From: Paecilomyces variotii
Taxonomy: Eukaryota
Length of the DNA stretch: 64,000 bases
Reading direction: 5' to 3' (one strand)
Assembly (NCBI GenBank): GCA_004022145.1
Contig: RCNU01000009.1
Shown here: positions 38,668-51,416 of the stretch, piece by piece
Numbering within the stretch: the first letter of the stretch is position 1
How the letters are laid out: every line of letters starts with the position of its first letter
Program-made: the position numbers and the translations under genes
The notes under the pieces: generated by a model
The model's database searches: none
What the model was told of the DNA's origin: nothing
What the model saw: only the letters and a program-made list of their open reading frames with translations

Positions 38668-41600
38668 TCACGACGGGCCATCGATACTTTCGGGACTGAT
38701 CATACCAGCGCCATGGTTGCCAGAACCATCGACGTTAGATCCAGCAGTCGCCGTGGATGAATCGGCGACTGTCCCGTTAGTCATCTGGCCAGATGTGCCG
38801 TTCACTTTACCGGAATGCGAGTTGGTGCTGCCTTCTCCACCAAAGGAATCAGATAGACCACTTTTCGCGCTGCTGTTGTCTAAGGAAGTGGCGGCAGAGG
38901 CCACATTCACACCGGGAACATTTAGCTTCAGCTTAGAGACTGACTTGGTTGCTGTCGGGCTCGTCATATCATCCGCGACCGGCATTTCCTCGCCTGGTGC
39001 ATCCGCGTTGGATCCGCCTATGCCCGCCGCGCCGCTGTTCTTCTTCACTTTCTTCTTGCTCGGCTCTGATATGCTACCTCTCGCAGAAGCTGCCTGGTTG
39101 GGAGCTGAAGCTGGAAGTGGTCGCTTCTGGGGGCTGTTTGTAGGTCTAGCAAGATTCAAAGGCGCAGTGATCTTTCCTGAGGCTGGAAGACGAGGCCTAG
39201 CGACCGTGGGTCTCTGTTTGGGCGGTAGTTCCAGATCTTCAACGAGTGGCTCATCATTGTTCGCTTGTAATTTGCTGCGAAAGAAGTTTTGAACCAAGCC
39301 AATCTGATCCGACAAGGTCTGAAGCGATATGCGCGGATATGGCGGAGGAGGGGGAAAGAGCGTCGATGTTGCTTGCGATGCGCTAGGAAATCTGTCAGTG
39401 GGAATCTTCTTTGGTCAAGCAAGGGAGCCACGTACTTCGTATTCTGGGCCTGTGCCGCATTATACATCCTGTTCTGGAGCAGATGAAGTGGTACACTGAG
39501 ACTGGAGAGTCCGAATTCCTTGTCCAGTCCCAGTTCTTTGAAACCAAAGAAGTCTTCGTCGATGTCTTCAGCGAAATCACCGCCAATGAACTGTTCGCTA
39601 CCGTCATGGAAGGCATTGGAGCCATCAGCACCGCCATCTGCGAGAGCGGGACGGAGCAACTCTGTCAGATGGGCCCTCAAACGATCATGGACAACACCGA
39701 GCTTCGTGCCCAAGCGCTCCACATCATCTTTGATGTATGACTCCAATGATTCGACATCTATTCCGACAGATGAGAGGGTATGGAGAATAATTTCTTGCTC
39801 CGTGTATGCAGGCTTAAACTGAGTAGCCGATGGCGCAGAAGTATCCAGAGGATCCGAAACTGGAACTTTCGGGGCTTCCATGTAAGTTTTGAATGTCTCG
39901 CCGATCTTCTTGAAGAAGTCAGAGGCGATGTCGGTAACTGCGTCCAGGGCCGACGGTTGGTACTCCTCGAAACCGGCGTGATAGAATAACTTTCCAACAG
40001 ACCGTTGCAGTGCAGCTTTGCATACCCAAGGAGCTATTACTGGTCCTTCGTCGTTCATAACATGAGTTGGAACATCCTGCTCCACAAATGGTTCTGGGTT
40101 GTATTTCTGGAACTGATTTTGGTACATCTAATATTCGTTAGTCTGCATCAGAAAAGAAACATCTTGGAGAGATGTTCATACTTGAGATTGGAGCTGCATC
40201 TGCTTTACGATACCAATTTTGGAGCAGATCTTCCGTGTCTCCTGCATCTGTCGCATGTTGGCGTCCATCTTCCGCGACAACTTGCTATCGGGAGCGGTAA
40301 AGGAGCCCTTGGGGAGAATCCGGAGGAACTCTTCCGAGGCATCAACGACGTTGCCTTCAGCATCTTCTCGCCATAGAAGATGGTCAGGAAGGTCAGGAAT
40401 ACCCGACATAACATCGTAATAGTCCGGAATAACCTTGTCTTCAACTTCTATCCCTTCCGCGAGGGTCTCGCCGGCTGCAACTGGTTCCAGGGCCTGAGAA
40501 TTCGACTCCTGAGTCTTTTCTCCTTCAGCCGCACGCTTTTGGTTCCTGAGCCATCTTCTCATCCCGGCCTTTGTCCGAAGCAGAGCTGGCTCATCGGAAT
40601 TAAGCTTGTCACCCTTGAATAAGCGATGTCTCTCCGCTGCAATAAGAGCGCGGTCTTTCTTGGTGACTTGCTTCCAGACCTTATATTCTGGGTCTTCAGC
40701 ATCGATACCAGGAGCGGACAAGGCGCTGAGAACGGTACTGGAAGGGCCAAAACCATCAATATCCATTGCATCAGTCTGACTCCCTGGTGCACCACCTCCA
40801 GCGGCATCAAGGGGTGTTAGAGTGCCAGGGGGTGGTGTCGCAAATCCGTTCTGGCTCCCATCCATAGCAGCATCGGAATCCGAACGCACAAAAGCGTTTG
40901 ACTGGGCTTGAGGAGGTCCCTGTGGACCTTCAGAAGGCTGCGGAGTCTCGCGAGAGGGTCCAGCGCCTTTTTTGGATGTCTTCCCAGGTGCCTTTCTACC
41001 TCTAGATGACATGATGGGTTCGTCGTCACTTTCCTCGGCTCCGTCCATCTCTGCGAGTTGCTGTCGACGCTCTTCTGCTTCGACTTCCGCCCGATCTCTG
41101 ATTACGATATCAGGGATCAGGGGCACAAGCTTCTCTGTCTCCTTACGCATATACAGAGCATGTTTGCGAAGGAAATGATCAGGATTAGCGTTATACTTCA
41201 GACAGTTTGCCCAAATAAGGTTTAGATCGTCGACAAACTCCTGCTTCGACTTATACTGCAGTGCTTTGAGTTTTTTGGTCATCGTCCCCAGATCCATGGG
41301 ATGTTTAATGACTGTTGTGTATTAGCACCCGCCTGATGATAAGCAAATTAGCGCAAGACTCACTGTTGTAATAGTCAGGTGCTTCTCGTTTGTTCACCCT
41401 GGTTAGGAAAGCAGTTGAGTGTTCCGTCTGGGCTTTCAGCTCGCTGAGCACCTTTTCCGCCGCTTCGTACAGCTCCTCCTGACCAATCTTATCCTCGCTA
41501 GCCCATTTACTTCGATTTTTGCGAACCTCGCTCATCAGACTCCGAAGTTCCGCATCAGAGGCCTGCACCATATTCCGCTTCATGTCAATGCGAGCAATCA

Positions 41601-42474
41601 AATTCTTCAGGGTCAGACTCGAAGCACCAAGATTCGCGCTACTCAAAGAACCATAGCCATTCGTTCCGGTGTTGGTGGTGTTCGCACCAGCGGTGACACC
41701 TTGGCCAGACATCTCGGCCTCGACTTGTCTTTCAGACTCCTCTAGCCGTTGCTGATCTAGCATAGCGTCCCTATCATTTTCCAAGGTGTAAAACATTGTA
41801 TGGAAGCTCCTCTTTGCAGCCTCTTCCGTAGCTTTCTTGTCCTCCTCGAGCTTCTTGCGAATCTCCTCCACCGTCTCCTTTTTGATATCCTTCAAGCTAT
41901 CTGCGGTTGCGATGCTAGGCCGATGGCCAGGGGATGGGTCCGCACTCGACTCCAGAACGGCAGCTGCCGACGCGACCTTGACTGGAGATGCGACTGGTCC
42001 TATATCCTCATCATCCTCCTCCTCCTGCTCCTGCTCCTCCTCCTCCTCATCATATTCATCGTAGTCATCTTCATCTATCTTTCTCGCCGACTTTTTAGGA
42101 GCAGTCGTTGCAGGCGCGTCCTCCTCCTTGGCGCGTGCGGCGGCGGTTTCCGGTTCATCGTTGGTGGCCGGTCCGACATCCCTAGATTCAGCATCGGCTT
42201 TTTCCTTGCTAAACAGTGTTCCAATCTTCGCCTCGCTCTTTTTGTACAGCTCACGGAACATGGCGATGCGTGGATCTTCGTCCGGCGCGGTGTCACTTTC
42301 CGATATCAAATTGTCCGTTTGGGACCCATCCGCGCCGACGGAGACCCGCGTCTGAGGCGTCCGGGGGCGCTGGGGAGGTTTTGGAAGGCCATTGACGGAG
42401 CGCACGTCGTTATGATCATCGGGAGGCCGGAGATGTCCTGGTGGCAGCCAGGCGTGGTGTTGAGCGAGCGACAT
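38668..42474 (-). CDS. SPT7: SAGA complex bromodomain subunit Spt7, 4 exons
   Basis: [17 protein letters not shown]; bromodomain ([14 protein letters not shown] / [14 protein letters not shown]...NCLKYN); histone-fold region ([15 protein letters not shown]); [16 protein letters not shown]. Introns near 41310-41363, 40129-40181 and 39384-39434. Confidence 0.93.
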
Positions 42475-43050
42475 GGTCGCTCGAAATCCCCGGTTCTGGG
42501 GCGGGCGAGGGGGTCCGTTTCTCCACGTTTATGACGAGGTGTCGCAGGGCACAACGGGGTAATTTCGGACGGGAAAAAAGGGACGCGGGACAAGAAGAGT
42601 GCGCGAGCAAGCGCGACACGATGTCTCCAGCGTCAGAAGTGATGGTGAGGGGGCGGCGTCGATGGCAGACGAAGGCGCTCCTGGAGGTGGTTCTTGCGCG
42701 GAGGAACGAGGTGAGGTTGGCCATCAGCCCAGCGCCGTCACGGCAGTCGGACCAACCGCGCAGTTCTCGACGTTCCCGTCAAGTGAGGACGATACCAGAC
42801 AACCACAGCGGACGATTCTCTCTCCATCGCCCTGTTGAGCCTTCTCTGGGGCCTTCTGGGGAGCTTCTCCCTATCTATCTTATTGTTCAAACAACACATT
42901 GTCCGGATCCTCCCAGACTGCTGCCCCGTGCTGATCTGCCTCCACTGCGCATGACGCAAGCGCCGCCAGCGTAACTTGTCCAACCCGCAGCTCCGCCTCC
43001 AGATAGATAGACAGACAGACTCCCAGCAGACCACATCAGCCTTCTTCACG

Positions 43051-43903
43051 ATGCGAATCCGTTGGCCTTTTGCAGGTACGTGTCACCCTCAATTCCTGGC
43101 AGCTTTCTATTTCATGGAATTGTGACCTCTCTGGCACAAAAAGCGTCAATGGCCATGGTACCTCTGTTAGCTGCTGGCTAGCGCGTTCTTTCATGCTGGT
43201 ATATATATACATTACAAAAAACAGCAGTATTAACAATGCTATTATCCCAGGGGCATTCGCGGTTCTCGTCCTTCTCTCCGCCTATATCGGCCTCCTGCCT
43301 CACAGCACCGCCTCTGATGATGGCTCCGGTCCCGCGATTCCCGCTCATCTCCAACCGAACGACAAATTCCTGCACCTCGTGACCTTCTTTTTCCTCTCTC
43401 TGATCTTCTACTGGATCTCAGATACCACCAGAAGACGCAATCTGCATCTCACCCTGCTCGTCTGCACATTAGTCCTGGGAGTCGGGTCGGAGATCGTCCA
43501 AGGCCTGCTCCCGAATGACCGGGCATTCGATCCGTTCGATGTCATCGCAAACGTCGTCGGCAGCCTGGGTGCTATCGGCCTATGTAGCTGGTATCATAAG
43601 CGGATGATCGAGCGTCGACGAAAGGCACGATATGGTGCCTTTGCCGATGGCGCCGGTGACGATGTCGAGCTAGGCGTCAACCCCGGCTCCGGCGGTGAGG
43701 AAAGCCACCTAGGCCCTCAAGAAACCGGTGTCACGACATTGGAGCAGGAGGTAGATAACTGGGACGAGAACGCAGTGGATGACTGGGATGCGGAGGATGG
43801 ACCTAGGGAGACAGAAGGCCTAGCCGGCAAGAATGCTCCGAGCGAAGGACAGCCCGGTCCCACGACGAGTACAGCCGGTGGAGAAGGCAAGAGAAGCGAC
43901 TGA
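43051..43903 (+). CDS. VanZ-like family membrane protein, 2 exons
   Basis: Exon 1 MRIRWPFA(G) 43051-43075, intron 43076-43250. Motifs NDKFLHLVTFF, GSEIVQGLLPNDRAFDPFDVIANVVGS; acidic tail. Confidence 0.85.
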
Positions 43904-44933
43904 GTAGTCCATTGTTATGGATTATTCGTGGACATAGTTGGTTTCTTTTTCCTATACTCCTCTTCTGGACTGTTCGGCACCGAAGGCTTTATTTATCTCC
44001 CATCCCCCATCTCCCATCTCACAACACCACCAGTCACGTTCTCTGTGCATTGTTTTGTTGCAAGATACCGTGTTGTTATCACAGTACTCCCCTCAGATTT
44101 TTTTTATTTTTTTATTTTTATTTTTTTCTTTGTTTTTTTCGAAGCCGTGTCTCTGCAAGCATCATTTCCGCAAAAAGAAACGAAAGGAAAGGAAGGAAGA
44201 GAAGAGAAGGAAAAGAGCCCAGGCTCTATTACGAGTGCATGTACGTTATGACGAGAACCAGATGTGTGTTTCCAGCTAGTCTATTTGTCATTTTGATATA
44301 TCCTCTTATCGTGCTGCAAATTTTCAAGTGCAATGCTTTGCTCAGGTAGAGGGGCACTTTGGCAAAGTTTAAGTGAATGATACTGCAAGGATGACTTTTG
44401 TTGATATTCAGTGCGTTGCATGTATCAATAGGATCAGCAAATACTCGATACTCGCATTTTGATGATAGTACTCTCCATTCTCAATTTGGTCGGACTGGAT
44501 CGAAATAATGTACATGAATTCTAATGTTGACATGACGCACTGGGCAATAATGGGGTCGTGGGAAGAAGGATAAACAAACCAGGGTATTATTCTGACAAAC
44601 CATTGAAAGAAAACATATGCGAGAAAGGGCGAGGCCGGTGTAAGCATAATTCCCTCTGTTTGCGGAGGGAGATATGCCCCATCAACCAAGACCAAAGGGT
44701 GGAAAGGGAGCTGCAAAAATCCTGAAAGACACACTGTGTCCCAGGGAAATGCAAAAGGGATGCAACAGGTGAACATGTATGGGAAAGGCTCTCTGGGCCA
44801 ATGCAGAATCAACGCGCGCACCTAAGACATGTATCTCTATGACAGGCACAAAAGAAAAGTTGGTGGGTAGAAGAAGGAAGACATAAACATTTTCGTATGC
44901 AGTCTCCATGCGTGGCAACGAGGTTGCAACGCC

Positions 44934-46302
44934 TCAGACAGGCTGTAGCTCTGGCTTCTCGGCTGCCCTGTAATCCGAATCGGAGGATAGCCTCGCCATC
45001 TTAGGAGATCTAATATCTGGATCGCCATCCTTGGAACCCGTCCGACCGTCGTTCTCCTTGCCGTGACCCAACCTCAGTTCGGCTTGTTCCCTGATAACTT
45101 CGTAGATGAACAGCAGTTGCATCTCATTGTACACCATCATCATCCGCTGTTCACGCATGTGATCGACCGTGTCGAAGACGGGGTCTACCTGGGGATCACT
45201 GATCTCCAGAAGCGCTCCGGAGTCGAGTTCCTTCAGAAGATAGTCCAGAGCAATGAACGTGCCGGTGCGCCCAACGCCAGCACTGCAGTGCACCACACGA
45301 GGGTTATCTGGGGTGGTAGATTTGGATTCAGAGGCCTTGAGGAGCTCGAGAAGAGCCTGGCGATCCTCGCCTTCAGGCTTGGAGTAATCCGCCCAACCCC
45401 CAAATAAGAAATGCCAGACAATCTTTGACTCCGAGCCTATCGTGAGTTCAAGCTTGCGGACCTGCGAGCGACAGGATTCGTCCCAGTGAGATTCCAGCAG
45501 AGTGACTCTGCCACTCATGCTTTCCTTGACCTTGTCACGCGCCTCGTCGTTGATAAAGGGATCCTCTTCCTCTATTTGTAAATCGATGGTGGGTTTTTCC
45601 TGGTCCAAGGGAAAGTACTGAGCACATTTCTCCCTGCCAGCTTCGACGGTCTGGGTCAGCATCACTACTACTGCCTCTTCCTTGCTCTCGTGGAAGACCA
45701 TGTGCCAGAAATACGCGATTTGTCCTGTGACGGGACCCTAGTCAAGAGTCAGTGAGAAAAGTCCAACAGATCCCGACAAAGGCTCAGAACTGACCTGCGT
45801 TGCGATATATCTCCTCTCCTCACCCTGAGTGGAAGCCTTCAACACGATCGGAGACGCATTGATGAAATCACTCTCGCCCTCGGGCACCTTGAGACGGATC
45901 CGAGAGTTCGCCCACACCAACACGTTCATGTAGCGGTTCCGCGCCTTTGCTTCGGGGCCTGTTTCGAGCGCCCAGCGGTGCGATCCATCGTTGGCAGTGG
46001 TTCCCTCGTGGACGCGACGTCTCTGACGCCATTCGAGTTCATCAAACTTCTCGTGGATTTCTAAGGGCCCAGCATGCACGGATTAGTTTGTTTTTTCTTG
46101 AAGCATCTTGCGAGATTCGAGCTTTGAACCGACCTGAATATGACTGGCAGAGGAACGGAGGTAGAGGCACATTGCTGTGAGGCCGCTGTGCACTTGCTCC
46201 CTGGTCGACGATCAACGAGTCCGCGGGGATCTCATCGCTGTCCTGCGAACGCCCACGCTTTGTTGCAACATTGGTATCGATCTTGATCGGCGAGGGCGCC
46301 AT
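44934..46302 (-). CDS. Classical protein-tyrosine phosphatase (Ptp1/Pyp1-like), 3 exons
   Basis: RNRYMNV, DFINAS, YIATQ/GP, EKCAQYFP, WAD loop, catalytic VHCSAGVGRTGTFIA, MREQRMMMV. First AUG at 46302; introns ~46061-46126 and ~45738-45794. Confidence 0.9.
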
Positions 46303-47461
46303 CTTAGCCGCAGCAGACCTCTGCAAGGCGCGAACCCGACCCAGGACGCTGCGCGCCTTTTTCGACGCCCGCTTCCCAGTCGATGCGAGTTTCCGAGATC
46401 TGCTGCGAAGGGCGAGCGACTCTGGAGAGGGGCAGCGGGGTAGCCCCGTCGCTGTTTCCCGCTCGCCGCTGTCGGATGCGCCAACACTTGCTCTGCTTGC
46501 TGAGTCTGGTCGCGATATCTGCAGCGAGGACAGGTCGGGACAGGTATGGAAGCTCGACGGCGACGCTGACGGTGGTGGTGGTGCAGCCAGTTTTCCAACT
46601 CCCGCGCGCACGAATCGCGGTCGCTGGAGATGTTGTCGCAAAGCCACTTTGGGCGTGTTGGGCACGTTGCGTGACGCCGAGAAATCCGTAGATAGCAAAT
46701 GAGTCTCCCTCCGCGAATCGGGCGGGCAAGACAGAATGCGTTGGAATGAATGGACAGACTTAGAGTTACTAACTCGTCGCTAACAGGGTCTCTGCCAGTG
46801 CCACCAGGGCTGGTTCTGAACAATAATATGTAATGTGGAAGTGTCTTTTGCGTGTACAATGGGACAAGACCCTTGTCGGACCTGCCCAGCAGTCCAGTTA
46901 ATAATTAAAGAATAAGGAAAGACTTAACTGATTATGATTAAGGGGGGTAGATCCGGATGATGATGCGCAAAAAGAGGAGTCATAAATAATAACTATAGAC
47001 CCGTCAAGTTGACGACCGGATCACTAGCTGCCCAGTGGCAAAGATTGAAAGATCTAGAATAAAGAGGGATAGATATAGGAAAGAGAATCAAAATCATCAT
47101 ATGAATCAACGATAATAATCATATTATTAAGTGATTAGAGTAGTTACTGTACTCTGTAACTAATTAGATGCCGGGGAATGGATCTTGAATTCATCATTAT
47201 TCATGTCCACTACTGCCGGTCATCCGTTGGACCAAACCAAACCCGCTCTAGGAATGTCTTGGTTGTGCCTCGGGTCTCTCACTCTAAAGCTTGCCTTCTT
47301 CCGTTCTGCGATCTTCTTCTTCTTATTCCAGCTCGTGACCTAACTATTATTTACTCAGCGGCACGCTTGAATGCCCTCGTTGCCAATGGCGCAATCTTGA
47401 TTTCCATTCCGTGAAACTCGTAGCCTGTTCAGCTAGTGAAGCTGCTGCTGCCACTCCAGTC

Positions 47462-47967
47462 ATGTTCAAAGGGTGGTGGCTGCGAGCCTTCGAGGTGGGT
47501 TTCGCCGACCAAAAAATTCTTTTCACCTCGGCCACCGCAGCGCAGCAAGCTAACAGCTCTCTTTCCATCTACAGATCTGGCTCACTGGCCGCGTATGTCT
47601 GATGGTTGCCGCCGTCTTGAATTGATCTTCGCTTGCTGACCCTTTTTTTTTTCTGCTCGTCCCGCACAGCTCCTCGCCAGTCCAACATTCCATCGAATGG
47701 TCGGGAGAGTCCATCGAAGGATCCAAATTTTCAGATATGGAACCCCTCCAGAGGAGATGGGCGGCACGAAGATCGATAATAATAATGGTATTGGCTTCTA
47801 TTTCCGTTTTTTTATCGGAATCCACCGGCTCTCATGGGAATATGTCCCTCCGTATTGAAATCCTCTAACAATGGAACGACCCTACAGGATCAGGAGCAAA
47901 GCATTTTCTGCAGCTCTTCAAAGACGAACTGAGCGAGCAGTTCAAGGGCAAACCGCGTAATCGATAG
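47462..47967 (+). CDS. Small 82-aa MRX7-like (mitochondrial MIOREX component) protein, 4 exons, absent from the ORF track
   Basis: Exons 47462-47494, 47575-47592, 47670-47787, 47888-47967, all GT-AG with CTAAC/CTGAC branch sites, 249 nt in frame: MFKGWWLRAFEIWLTGRLLASPTFHRMVGRVHRRIQIFRYGTPPEEMGGTKIDNNNGSGAKHFLQLFKDELSEQFKGKPRNR. Family call rests on recalled motifs LLxSPxFHR and FxxxFKDE. Confidence 0.85.
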
Positions 47968-48365
47968 CGGTGGATTTTGAGTCTTGTTTACCAGCATGGG
48001 TGATGGATTTTGGATTTTATGATACCCCTTCCTAATCGCAATACGTTTTGATCTCGTCGTTTATTGCTCGATGATCGAATTTCACAGTATCGACTACTTC
48101 GTACGACTTCCATCTTTTCTTCTTTTGACATCTGTCTGTCTCTTCTATCTGTTGGGGCATATCGACAGAACACACCGGATATAGATTGGGCTACAGAACT
48201 CTTGCACCGTGGACTGTGTCCCTCATTCTATCCGAAGAGCGAACCTCTGATTGCTTCATTCCGCTTTGTCCAGCCGCTTGACTTCACCGGTTTGGCTGGG
48301 ACTTGAAATATCGAAGCATACACTGCTTGTATTGTTGTTATCAAGGGATCTTGACCCCGTCGGGG

Positions 48366-48387
48366 TATATATATATATATATATATA
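48366..48387. repeat. (TA)n microsatellite
   Basis: About 11 TA units. Confidence 0.9.
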
Positions 48388-50561
48388 ATAAAATCAAATC
48401 GTCAGCGCGACGATCCCCATATATCGATAGTCATCCATCCAGTGGCTGTAGATAAAATGCTCGAGTGAGAATATATAATACATGTACAAACGCCAAGGGG
48501 CAGACGCATTGCCGATCAGACACCCTCCAACCCTATCAGATCTCATCTACACGCGACCAGAAGCCATCTGGCGAAACATGACGATCCATACGTAGCACTG
48601 TACCTGTTATTCGATAGTCTCAACACTCTCAATCCTTGCATATTTCATGCAAGACGTATTAAAAATCCAGTAAAAATGCATGATAAACTCCTACTCTTCT
48701 TAACCTGCAGCGCACCAACCCACGTTCGGTCGATACGCGCAAGACCTAAAGGGCTGAAACGAAACGGACAGTGTCCGAAGCGAAGGTCGGGTCCATAGCC
48801 AGCTGAGGATGAAGAACGAAGGAGCGAGGGTAGTAGTGATCGTCAGATCCAGGTTACATCATGATCATTCGTAGTGGTAGTCTAGCAGCAGTACTCCGTA
48901 GTACTACAGCAGTAGTACCATAAGTATGTATGGTAATTCTGCAGCGGCGTAGGGCGCTTCCTCTTTCTCTGGGCAGCAGCCCTAGATCTGCGGAGAACCC
49001 GGTCTCGGGTTGATCATGGGAGGCGAATACAATAATAGTTAATAGGGCAGTCGATATTTTCATGGCCCGTATAGTTATTGGTCAAGTAACTTAACTACTC
49101 TAGTGAGTTAGGTTATTGTTTCGTCACTGGGAGGGCCGGTGTTGTGTGGCTAATCAATTAATAATAAACAGTAATATTCTGGTTAGTTGATGATGCTGGT
49201 AATTAACTAATTAATGATAATAATAATAATGATGATGATAATAATAATCCTACGCAGTCGGTAGCCCTCGTATTTCCCGATTTTCTTCACGGAAACAGAG
49301 GGATAGCAACGATACTACCACACAGCCACACACCAGCAGCATGGGAACGAGAGACAGCGAATAGTGAAAGCGAAATAATGAATTAGTGCATTAATGCCTG
49401 CTCATAAGCCGCCTTCGAGTCGATTACGGATACTACTTCTGACAAGTTGACCACCGTTCTACCGCGGATGACCCTTGGATGAATGGCAGCCGGAGCGGAT
49501 GAACCGGCGATGCCAACGAGCGGCTATCCGGCCAGCGCTGCGACCGGGTGATTGGAAGAGATTCCAGCGGCGCGATGAAAAGGGAAATGAGGGTTTTTGC
49601 TGGTCGCTCTCCAGGGGTGGGAAGGACGATGATCAGACGACGTGGTGAAACGGCCAGAGAGGCACCGGGTTGGCACCTGAATCGTGTATTACTCCGTAAC
49701 CTCGCCAGAGGGCAGCAGGCTCAGGCTCATATAATTATACTTAATGAAGCAGAGACCAGGCGCGAGCTGGCTTCATTCCTCTCGAGTAGAATATCTAACT
49801 CTTTTTCCTGCGCAGGGCGAGCATTCCTGAACCGTGTCACCGTTGAAATCGCGCCCCCCCTCCCCCCCACGTCTTGAAGACTTCTTCTTATGAACCATAA
49901 TTACTGCACAGCACGTGCAGCCCTGAGCCTAACGTCCCTCGAGTTCAGTTCTTGCATAGAGTATTCTCCGTCCATCCCTGGTGGATAGACAAGACACCAT
50001 TCTGCTTTTGCATCGCAAATCCCTAATTAATTAATAGTCGGCCTGGGGTTTATTTTTGGGCACGCGAGAGAGTCCGAGACAGAGATTGAGTCTAAGCCTA
50101 GGACTGTCTAGCGGGCCAAACGGTTTAACCGACGGCTGGAAGCCAAATTTCCCGCCGGGGTCAGCTGACTGGTTCCTGGTCTTGCCCTGGGCTGGATCCA
50201 TCGCTCGCTCCACGTCTCGCCTCGTCCGTTGACTTTGACTCCCTTCACATCCCTTCTCCAATAATACCAAACTCCCCCTCGTTTTTCTCTGACTTCTCTC
50301 GTTTGGTCATTCATTCCTCCTGCCCTAGGGCCTCTTCTGTCTTTGTCCATCTCTGTTATCGTCCGCAGAGATCCATCCAGTCGTTCTCTTCATCATATCT
50401 CTCACATCCTCTGGCCCTCTCCTCCCTCGATCTATCTGGGTCGTCAGTCACTAGTGCCAGATCGCTGAGCGTTCAGACCCTCCTTCTCGACGGCTGAACA
50501 GCCCTTCTGTACAGCCATAATATCTATACAGAGTCGAGAGTCGCCAAATATCACAGCAAAA

Positions 50562-51416
50562 ATGCGTTCGTTCTTCTGGCTCTGTCTGGCCCTCTTCGCC
50601 GTGCTCTCCGGCTCCGTCCAGGTCGACGAGAGGGACAACAAGATCAGCGCCTTGGACCCGTTGTCTCTGTCCAGCGCATCCTCAACCAGCGATACTGCTG
50701 CTGCCTCCTCCGCGACTTCCAGCAGCTCGTCCGCAGACTCGTCCTCAGAGACCTCCGCCCCTTCGACCTCTGCATCATCAACAGAGTCTGCAGCCCCTAC
50801 CACCACCGCTAATACCGCTACCACCACCAGCGACACTTCCAAGTCCTCGAGCACAAACGAGCCCAGTCCCTCTCAGACGAGTCAGACGGCTGCGAAGACG
50901 TCCGACACTACCGCACCCACCTCGACCTCCGAGACCTCATCGGTCAGCAAGAGTAGCGACTCTTCGGCTACCACCACTGCTGCGAAGACCACTGGCCCCG
51001 CGCCCACTCCTGTGGTGATCGTTACCACCAAGACCATTAGTGGAACCCCGGTGGCCTCTTCCTATACCTCCACTCCCACCGCGGCCTCTGAGACGGGTTC
51101 CCCCAGCTTAAACAACCAGAGCTCCGGCGGCTCAGGCAGCTCTGGCCTGAGTGAGTCCTCGAAGAAGGTCGTCATTGGTGTCGTCGTTGGTGTTGGTGGT
51201 GCCATTGTCATCGGTGTCATCGCTCTGGTCTTCTGGAGAGTCTGGGGCCGCAGGAGGAACAGGGACGCTACCGACGAGGATGATCTGATGAGCGCCGGTA
51301 CGGCTGTCGGTGCTGGCAGTCGAGAGAAAGCGGCCAGCCCTGCCGGTACGCCATTCAAGTCAACGCTGGACCAGTACCATAACCCCGGTCCCGTCAATGC
51401 TGCATCCAACTTCTAA
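50562..51416 (+). CDS. Mid2/Mtl1-like cell-wall stress sensor (MidA/MtlA-type)
   Basis: Signal peptide, long Ser/Thr-rich ectodomain, single TM helix (VVIGVVVGVGGAIVIGVIALVFW), basic stop-transfer RRRNR, tail ending QYHNPGPVNAASNF; intronless 284 aa. Confidence 0.85.
   Translation: MRSFFWLCLALFAVLSGSVQVDERDNKISALDPLSLSSASSTSDTAAASSATSSSSSADSSSETSAPSTSASSTESAAPTTTANTATTTSDTSKSSSTNEPSPSQTSQTAAKTSDTTAPTSTSETSSVSKSSDSSATTTAAKTTGPAPTPVVIVTTKTISGTPVASSYTSTPTAASETGSPSLNNQSSGGSGSSGLSESSKKVVIGVVVGVGGAIVIGVIALVFWRVWGRRRNRDATDEDDLMSAGTAVGAGSREKAASPAGTPFKSTLDQYHNPGPVNAASNF

Noticed and set aside
37877-38671. 264-aa hydrophobic ORF directly downstream of SPT7
   Set aside because: Low-complexity Phe/Leu/Ser content typical of a T-rich 3' UTR; no family motifs.
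43912-44349. Three overlapping Phe-rich ORFs after the VanZ-like gene
   Set aside because: They arise from poly-T and purine tracts of a 3' UTR.
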